The notes under the pieces were generated by a model. The model saw nothing but the letters and a program-made list of their open reading frames with translations, was not told the origin of the DNA and searched no databases. Positions 57,587 to 64,000 of a DNA stretch of 64,000 nt are shown here, in pieces. Both the position numbers and the translations under genes were made by a program. This DNA is from Sandaracinaceae bacterium. GTDB lineage: Bacteria; Myxococcota_A; Polyangia; Polyangiales; Sandaracinaceae. The stretch lies in contig JBGAQA010000025.1 of assembly GCA_044220955.1 (NCBI GenBank), positions 19,762 through 83,761 of the forward strand, read 5' to 3'. Every line of letters starts with the position of its first letter. Position 1 is the first letter of the stretch.

Positions 57587-58903
57587 TCAGTTGCAGGTCT
57601 GCGCGGTGGTGTAGACGCCGGGCGCGCACGCGGGAGCTGGGCCGCACGAGTAGAGCGGCGCCGACGTTCCACACACGGGCGCGGTCGCCGCCCAGTGCGC
57701 CCCGCTCTGCTGGCAGCTGGTGCTGAGGCCACCCGGAGGCGCGCACGAGAGCGTGGCGCTGATCGTCGTCACGCGAGGCGTGTCCACCCCGTCGCAATTC
57801 CAGTCGTAGCGCGGGGTCGTCCCGACGTAGTACGCCGGCGACGCGGAGAAGACCGTCGAGCCCGGGCGAGCGAACACCTGGTTGTCCGCGCAGTCGGACG
57901 TCGGAACGGTGGCGGGCACGCGCGTCGTCCACGATCCACCGCTCGCGCAGGCCGGCGCCGAGCGAGGCGGCATCCCGAAGCAGCCCGGCACGCCGACGGC
58001 GCCGAACGGAGCCCAGCCGTCACCGTCGCAGTCGGTGTAGTGCGCGACCTGCACGCCGTCATCGGCCACACCGTCACAGTCCTGGTCGACGAAGTCGCAG
58101 ACCTCGGTCGCGCCTGGGTGAATGCTCGTGCTCGTGTCGTCGCAGTCCCCGCCGGCCGCAGCGAAGCCGGCCGGCGCCGAGCAGGCGAGCTGGGACACCG
58201 TCGTGCCGAACCCGTCGCGGTCCGAGTCCGCGTAGAACGTCGCGAGCACACCCTCGTCGACCCCCGCGTCGCAGTCGTTGTCGACGCCGTCGCAGACCTC
58301 GGGGTTGCCCGGAAAGGAGAGCGGCTGCGCGTCGTCGCAGTCGCCACTCGACGCGGCGTAGTGCGCGGGCGCTCCGCACGCCTCGACGTGGTCGCCCGCG
58401 ACTCCGACACCGTCGCCGTCCGCGTCGCGATAGTAGGTCGTGAGCAACGCCTCGTCGGTCGATCCGTCGCAGTCGTCGTCGATCCCGTCGCACACCTCGA
58501 CGGAGCCGGGGTGCGTCGCCGCGCGTGCGTCGTCGCAGTCGGTCGCGTCGGCCACGGTCCCGGCCGGCTGCGCGCACGCGGACACGGTCGTGGCCGCGCT
58601 CCCGAAACCGTCGCCGTCCGCATCCGCGAACCAGGTGCCCCAGGCACACGCATCGATCCGGGGTGACCCGGCGTCCGCGAGCGCGCCTGCGTCGTCGGTG
58701 CCGGCGTCGCCCGCGAGCATCGGGCCGCCATCGCCGGGGAGCATCGCGGCGGCGTCGGCGGCGGTCGTGCAGCGGCCGCTCGACGAGAGGGCGAAGCCCG
58801 TCGGGCAGACCACCCTGGGCGGCTCGCAGGCGGCGGCGCAGAGGGAGAGGAGGCAGAGAGAGAGGAGAACGACGAGCGAGGACGAGACGGTACGGGTCGA
58901 CAT
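57587..58903 (-). CDS. Lipoprotein with three MopE-related repeats
   Basis: GGAGG RBS; AAAC lipobox; three units of D-x-DGDG...DCDD...PG..EVCD..D.DCD; terminal YDWNCDG. Confidence 0.85.
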   Translation of the reverse strand: MSTRTVSSSLVVLLSLCLLSLCAAACEPPRVVCPTGFALSSSGRCTTAADAAAMLPGDGGPMLAGDAGTDDAGALADAGSPRIDACAWGTWFADADGDGFGSAATTVSACAQPAGTVADATDCDDARAATHPGSVEVCDGIDDDCDGSTDEALLTTYYRDADGDGVGVAGDHVEACGAPAHYAASSGDCDDAQPLSFPGNPEVCDGVDNDCDAGVDEGVLATFYADSDRDGFGTTVSQLACSAPAGFAAAGGDCDDTSTSIHPGATEVCDFVDQDCDGVADDGVQVAHYTDCDGDGWAPFGAVGVPGCFGMPPRSAPACASGGSWTTRVPATVPTSDCADNQVFARPGSTVFSASPAYYVGTTPRYDWNCDGVDTPRVTTISATLSCAPPGGLSTSCQQSGAHWAATAPVCGTSAPLYSCGPAPACAPGVYTTAQTCN

Positions 58904-58992
58904 GGGGGGCGACCTCCTTTCCGCTCGTTGTCGGCGCGGGCCCGTGCGCGTTGCGTGCGTTCCGACCCGGTCGGATCCACGGCGGGAGGCCG

Positions 58993-60633
58993 TCAGCCCA
59001 CGAGCGAGCGCTCGTAGCCCTCGGGCGCCGCGTACCCCATCAGCGCGAGCACGGTCGCCGCGACGTTCGCGAGCCCCGCGTCCGCGATCGACGCGTCGAG
59101 CGCGAGGTCGGGGCGGCCCGGGGCATAGAGGTGAAGCGGCACCGGGTTCAGCGTGTGGCTGGTCTTGGGCTTGAACGCTCCGTCGGAGCCCGTCACGAGC
59201 CTGCCGCTCTTCTTGTCTCTCTCGATCATCTCGTCGGCGTTGCCGTGGTCGGCCGTGATCAGCACCGCGCCGTCGAGCTCCCGGATCACCGGCAAGAGGC
59301 GATGCAGCGCGAGGTCGACCGCTTCGACCGCCAGCACGGCGGCGTCGCGCACGCCCGTGTGGCCGACCATGTCGCCGTTGGCGTAGTTCACGCGCGCGTG
59401 GCGGTGTGCGCCCGTGCGCAGCTCTCGGATCAGGGCGTCGGTGATCTCCGCCGACCTCATCCAGGGGCGCTCCTCGAAGGGGAGCGTGTCCGACGGAACC
59501 TCGATCCACTTCTCCCCCGGCAGCGACGCGCTCTTGTTGCCGTTCCAGAAGTACGTGACGTGCCCGAACTTCTGCGTCTCGCTGATCGCGAGCTGCGTCG
59601 CGCCCGCGTCGGCCAGGTGCTCGGAGAGCGTGCGGTCGATCGCCGGCGGCGAGACGAGGAAGTGCGTCGGCAGCTTGAGGTCCCCGTCGTACTGCATCAT
59701 GCCGCAGAAGAAGACGTCCGGCCTCGGGCCGCGCTCGAACTTCGAGAACGAGGCGTCCTCGAACGCGCGCGTGATCTCGAGCGCGCGGTCGCCACGGAAG
59801 TTGAAGAGCACGAGGGCGGCGCCGTCTCGGATCGGGCCGCACGGACCGCTGGGCTCGCCGATGACGAAGCCGGGGAGGTTCTGGTCGCCGATCCCGGGCG
59901 CCTCCGCCCGCAGCGTCTGCACCGCCTCGCCGAGCGATGCGAAGCGGCGACCCTCCCCGCGGACGTGCAGGGCCCAGCCTCGCGCGACCATCGGCCACTC
60001 GGCCTCGTAGCGGTCCATCGTGACCTTCATCCGGCCGCCGCCCGAGGCGACGCGGTAGTCACGGCCGGCCGCGCGCAGCTCGCCGAGGACCGCCTCGAGC
60101 CGCTCGACGTACACGAGCGCGCTCGTCTCGGGCACGTCGCGACCGTCGAGCAGCGCGTGCACGCGGACCGCCTTCACGCCCTCTTCCGCCGCGCGGCGCA
60201 GCATCGCGAAGAGGTGCTCCTCGTGGCTGTGCACGTTGCCGTCCGAGAGCAGCCCGAGGAAATGGAGCGGCTCGCCGCTGGCCTTCACGCGCGCGATCGC
60301 CCCCTGCCACGCGTCGCCCCGCCACATCGCCCCGCTCGCGATGGCCTGGCCCACGAGCTTGCTGCCCTGGTCGAACACGCGGCCCGCCCCGAGCGCGTTG
60401 TGCCCGACCTCGCTGTTGCCCATGTCCTCGTCGGTCGGCAGGCCCACCGCGCGGCCGTGCGCGCGCAGGCGCGAGGTGGGCACGTGCGCGGCGAGCCAGT
60501 CGAGCGTCGGTGTGCGTGCGAGCCTCACCGCGTCGCCCTCGTCGCCGGCGCCGATGCCGACTCCGTCCATCACGACGACGACGACGGGACCGCGCGTGGC
60601 GGCGAGGCGAGCGTGGGAGCGCAGCGTGAGCAT
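58993..60633 (-). CDS. gpmI: 2,3-bisphosphoglycerate-independent phosphoglycerate mutase
   Basis: MDGVG, MGNSEVGH, SDGNVHSH, DGRD, NFRGDR, NGDMVGHTG and TADHGN. Confidence 0.96.
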   Translation of the reverse strand: MLTLRSHARLAATRGPVVVVVMDGVGIGAGDEGDAVRLARTPTLDWLAAHVPTSRLRAHGRAVGLPTDEDMGNSEVGHNALGAGRVFDQGSKLVGQAIASGAMWRGDAWQGAIARVKASGEPLHFLGLLSDGNVHSHEEHLFAMLRRAAEEGVKAVRVHALLDGRDVPETSALVYVERLEAVLGELRAAGRDYRVASGGGRMKVTMDRYEAEWPMVARGWALHVRGEGRRFASLGEAVQTLRAEAPGIGDQNLPGFVIGEPSGPCGPIRDGAALVLFNFRGDRALEITRAFEDASFSKFERGPRPDVFFCGMMQYDGDLKLPTHFLVSPPAIDRTLSEHLADAGATQLAISETQKFGHVTYFWNGNKSASLPGEKWIEVPSDTLPFEERPWMRSAEITDALIRELRTGAHRHARVNYANGDMVGHTGVRDAAVLAVEAVDLALHRLLPVIRELDGAVLITADHGNADEMIERDKKSGRLVTGSDGAFKPKTSHTLNPVPLHLYAPGRPDLALDASIADAGLANVAATVLALMGYAAPEGYERSLVG

Positions 60634-60669
60634 GAGCCGTTCTTACCACCCTGCGTGTAAGCTCGTCCG

Positions 60670-61356
60670 GTGCGCATCACAGCTCTGGCGCTGCTGGTCG
60701 TCGCGGCGCTCGCGCCGGCGCTCGGGGCGCAGGAGGCGCCGCGGCCGTGCGAGATCCGCGGGCACCTCTCCGTTCCCGACGTTCACGTCGTCCCGGCGCG
60801 CGGGTCGATCCGCGTCGTGACGATCGAGGATCGCGACGTGCGCGTGACGCCGCTCGGGCGCGGCAGGTTCGCCGTGCGCACACACGGGGGCGGCGCACGC
60901 GTGGAGGGCCACACGCAGGCGGCGATCCCGATCGCGCTGGCCGCCGAGACGATGCTCGCGGGCGTCGCGCGCGTCGCGGGCGGGACGCCGGTCGACGGGA
61001 TCGAGCCGCACGGCGAGGCGCTGCGCGGCTCGTTGCCCATCGACGATGGCGTCTCGCTCGAGCGCGTGACCCTTCGGTGCCGCGAGCTCGCGGCGGCGGC
61101 GCCGACGGCTGCGGCGCGCGACGCGGTGCCGGTCACGCGTGGTCCGGTCTGGCATGCCCGCATCGTGGGCTTGCGCGTGCGCGCGGCGCCGACCGATGAG
61201 GCGATCCCCGTCATGGTCGTCACGACGCCCGAGGCGCGCGCGCAGATCGCGTGGATCGAGCGCGAGCGCCAGCCCGCGTGGGTGAGGGTCGAGGCTGCGC
61301 TCGCCCACGCCAGCGTCGCGGGCTGGGTGCGGGACACCGAGCTCACGCTGCCGTGA
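60670..61356 (+). CDS. Hypothetical secreted protein (C-terminal SH3-like segment)
   Basis: Signal peptide; ends WVRVE...VAGWV; TAAGCT box 6 nt upstream. Confidence 0.6.
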   Translation: MRITALALLVVAALAPALGAQEAPRPCEIRGHLSVPDVHVVPARGSIRVVTIEDRDVRVTPLGRGRFAVRTHGGGARVEGHTQAAIPIALAAETMLAGVARVAGGTPVDGIEPHGEALRGSLPIDDGVSLERVTLRCRELAAAAPTAAARDAVPVTRGPVWHARIVGLRVRAAPTDEAIPVMVVTTPEARAQIAWIERERQPAWVRVEAALAHASVAGWVRDTELTLP

Positions 61357-61402
61357 CGGCGACGGCTTGCCGGGGAAGGCCCGCCGGGCGAGCATCGACG
61401 CG

Positions 61403-62197
61403 ATGCGCTCCTTGCTCGCCCTGACCCTCGTCCTGTGCGCGGCGTCGCCCGCGAGCGCGCAGGACGCCGCCGATGTGGCGCGCGCGCGCCAGCTCTTCCA
61501 GAGCGGGCTCGAAGAGGCGCGCGGGCAGCGCTGGGATGCCGCGCGCGACGCGTTCGCCGAGAGCCTCGCGCTCGCCGAGCGGCCGAGCACGCTGCTCAAC
61601 CTCGCGGGCGCGCAGGTGCAGACCGGTCAGCTGGTCGAGGGCGCCGCGAGCTATCGGCGCTTCCTCGAGCTCGCGACGGACGGACGCGATGCCGCGCACC
61701 GATCGGAGGCGGAGAGCGCGCTCCACGCCGCCGAGACGCGCATCGCGCACGTGACGATCGAGATCGAGGGGCTCGACGACGCCGACGAGGTCCGGCTCGA
61801 CGACGCCCAGCTCACACGGAGCGCGCTCGGCACGAGCCTCGCGCTGAACCCGGGCGCGCACGACGCGAGGGTCCTGCGCGACGGCCGCGCGATCGCGGCG
61901 CAGCGATTCCAGCTCGCCGAGGGCCAGTCGACCGAGCTCGGCCTCTCCGTCGCGACCGTGTCCGCGCCCGTCGACGTCGCGCCTGTCGACGCGTCGCCGC
62001 CGATGGACCAGGCGATCGCGATGCCCGTCGCGGAGCCGCCCCCGAGCGACGAGAGCGGCGTGTGGATCGCCGTCGGCGTCAGCGTGGGCGTCGCGATCGC
62101 GATCGGCGTGGTCGTGGCCGTCCTCGTGGCCACGCAGGATCAGAGCGTCGCCCCGCCGTACATGGGCAACCTCGGCGCGGGTGTCGTGCGCTTCTGA
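61403..62197 (+). CDS. TPR/PEGA-like membrane-anchored protein
   Basis: Signal peptide; ARQLFQSG...LLNLA...YRRFL TPR, LNPGAH PEGA-like segment, C-terminal TM helix. Confidence 0.8.
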   Translation: MRSLLALTLVLCAASPASAQDAADVARARQLFQSGLEEARGQRWDAARDAFAESLALAERPSTLLNLAGAQVQTGQLVEGAASYRRFLELATDGRDAAHRSEAESALHAAETRIAHVTIEIEGLDDADEVRLDDAQLTRSALGTSLALNPGAHDARVLRDGRAIAAQRFQLAEGQSTELGLSVATVSAPVDVAPVDASPPMDQAIAMPVAEPPPSDESGVWIAVGVSVGVAIAIGVVVAVLVATQDQSVAPPYMGNLGAGVVRF

Positions 62198-62292
62198 GCC
62201 GGCGGTTCCGCAGCGGAACGTGAGCAGAGTGGCTCGCCCGATCCGGCGTGGCTCGCTATGCTCGATCCCGATCTTCTGGAAGGGGACGCAGC

Positions 62293-63924
62293 GTGACCGA
62301 GAAGCGAATCGACGTGGCGGTGCTGGGCGGGGGCCTGGCGGGGAACCTGTTCGCGCGGCAGCTCAAGATGACGAAGCCGGAGCTCGAGATCGTCGTGTTC
62401 GAGCGCGACGTGGAGCGCGGCTACAAGGTCGGCGAGAGCACCGTCGAGATCGCCGCGAACTACCTCATCCGCAAGCAGAAGCTGAATCGCTATCTGTTCA
62501 TGAACCAGCTTCCGAAGAACTCGCTGCGGTTCTTCTTCGACAACGAGCAGAAGAACGCCGACCTCACGGACCTCTCCGAGCTCGGCGTCTATCACCTCCC
62601 GCCGCTGCCGAGCTTCCAGCTCGATCGCGCCAGGCTCGAGACCGACCTGATCGAGATGAACCGCCAGCTCGGGACCGAGGTGCAGATCCCGGCTGTGGTG
62701 AAGGAGATCACCCTGAGCAACGACGGCGGCGAGCACCGCGTGCGCGTCTCTCGCGAAGGAGACGAGACCACGTACCGGTGCAAGTGGGTGATCGATGCGG
62801 CCGGCCGCGTCAACCTGCTCGCCAAGCAGCTCGATCTGCGCCTCCCGGCGCCGGATCACAAGATCGTGTCGAGCTGGACGCGCGCGGCCAACGTCGCGGA
62901 CATGGACGCGTGGCCGAACGAGGAGTGGCGCGCGCGCGCCCGCTACACCGCGCGCACCCTGAGCACGAACCACTTCTGCTACGACGGCTACTGGCTCTGG
63001 TTCATCCCTCTCTCGAACGACCTGATCTCGCTCGGCATCGTGCAGGAGCGCGACAAGTGGAAGCCTGCGCAGGGGACGAAGGAGGGCTTCCTCTCCTTCA
63101 TGCGGGAGCACAGGTGCTGCGCGCAGATGCTCGAGGACGCCGAGCTCGTCGACTTCGGCATGTACAACCAGCTCGCCTACCGCACCAAGCGCTTCTGGGA
63201 CGGCAAGCAGCGCTGGGCGACGATCGGCGACGCAGGCGCGTTCCACGATCCGTTCTACTCGCCCGGCTCGGACTTCATCGGCCTCGAGGCCGACTGCCTG
63301 GTCGACATGATCACCCGCGACTACGCGGGCGAAGACATCGAGGAGCGCTCCGAGCTGATGAACGACTTCGTCCAGTTCCGCTTCGAGACGACGCTGCTCC
63401 TCTACGCCGGCCTCTACTCGACCTTCGGAAGCTACGAGCTCTATCGCGAGAAGTGCTACTTCGATTGCGCGAACTACTACAACCTCTGGGTCGACGCCTG
63501 GATGAAGGACGAGCACCTGGAGACGAAGTCGCTCCGCTACCACCTTCGTCGCAAGGGCTACGTCATCGAGGCGATGCGCAACTTCAACCGCTTCTTCCGC
63601 GGCGCCGCCGAGGAGATGAAGCAGAAGAAGACGTACTGGCGCGGAAACCTCGGCAACTGGGTGCTCAACGGCGTGCAGGCGTTCGGCGTCCCGAGCGACC
63701 TCGGCATGCCGCGCTCGCACAAGGACATGAACGACCGCACCGCGCTCATCTTCAACCGCGCGCGCGAGGGTGTGCTCGAGCTGCTGAAGAACGAGAGCAC
63801 CGAGCCCTTCCGGCTCGGCCCGCAGGTGCCGCGCGGCGCGGCGACGGACGCGCTCGTCCCGCTCGAGAGCTTCATGGGCGAGACGGACGTGCGGACCCTC
63901 GGCCCGATCGCCGCCGCCGAGTAG
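62293..63924 (+). CDS. Flavin-dependent halogenase-family protein (second paralogue)
   Basis: GGGLAG, KVGESTVE, KNSLRFF, LDRARLE, WLWFIP and DPFYSPGSDFI; GAAGGGG RBS before GTG. Confidence 0.88.
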   Translation: MTEKRIDVAVLGGGLAGNLFARQLKMTKPELEIVVFERDVERGYKVGESTVEIAANYLIRKQKLNRYLFMNQLPKNSLRFFFDNEQKNADLTDLSELGVYHLPPLPSFQLDRARLETDLIEMNRQLGTEVQIPAVVKEITLSNDGGEHRVRVSREGDETTYRCKWVIDAAGRVNLLAKQLDLRLPAPDHKIVSSWTRAANVADMDAWPNEEWRARARYTARTLSTNHFCYDGYWLWFIPLSNDLISLGIVQERDKWKPAQGTKEGFLSFMREHRCCAQMLEDAELVDFGMYNQLAYRTKRFWDGKQRWATIGDAGAFHDPFYSPGSDFIGLEADCLVDMITRDYAGEDIEERSELMNDFVQFRFETTLLLYAGLYSTFGSYELYREKCYFDCANYYNLWVDAWMKDEHLETKSLRYHLRRKGYVIEAMRNFNRFFRGAAEEMKQKKTYWRGNLGNWVLNGVQAFGVPSDLGMPRSHKDMNDRTALIFNRAREGVLELLKNESTEPFRLGPQVPRGAATDALVPLESFMGETDVRTLGPIAAAE

Positions 63925-63938
63925 CTAAATGACCGATC

Positions 63939-63959
63939 ACGATTCTGGGACAGAATCGT
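63939..63959. other. Perfect 9-bp inverted repeat (operator or hairpin)
   Basis: ACGATTCTG-GGA-CAGAATCGT, AT-rich relative to the rest of the window. Confidence 0.5.
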
Positions 63960-64000
63960 TGACGGGCAGTTAGCGTCGCGACGGACGTCGCGACGGACAG

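Noticed and set aside
58040..58640. Regularly spaced DNA repeats that could mimic a CRISPR array
   Set aside because: They are degenerate in-frame coding repeats (MopE-like motifs); no identical repeats with unique spacers and no cas genes.
63929..63973. 14-codon ORF MTDHDSGTESLTGS after the halogenase (possible RiPP precursor or leader peptide)
   Set aside because: No RBS, no aromatic residue for halogenation, too short to support.

Overview
High-GC, gene-dense bacterial chromosomal window. The gene content points to a myxobacterium (Myxococcota, probably Polyangiales/Sandaracinaceae-like; this is inference): Cys-rich and MopE-repeat lipoproteins, a MYXO-CTERM-like tail, an AgmX/PglI-type domain, a Ser/Thr kinase, an FHA protein, a DnaK paralogue and mevalonate-pathway genes. 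About 60 CDSs are supportable. I found no rRNA, tRNA, CRISPR array, transposase or integrase. Main highlights: (1) scattered parts of an aryl-polyene/xanthomonadin-like type II PKS: a KS plus chain-length-factor pair, an ApeI/FabZ-like dehydratase coupled to a flavin-dependent halogenase, and a second paralogous halogenase; (2) an M24 peptidase-fold protein whose acidic metal ligands appear replaced by His, plus other degenerate enzymes; (3) a 73-aa protein carrying the GyrA/ParC 'LPDVRDGL' motif; (4) two tandem PPC-domain lipoproteins (a putative Cys-His hydrolase and a Kazal-domain protein), each preceded by a sigma54-like -24/-12 element; (5) a recurring TAnnnT box 6-7 nt before start codons, suggesting widespread leaderless mRNAs; (6) a VapBC-type toxin-antitoxin pair; (7) a multi-Tudor/SH3-like lipoprotein; (8) structured intergenic elements. 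All product calls come from motifs read by eye; no database searches were run.
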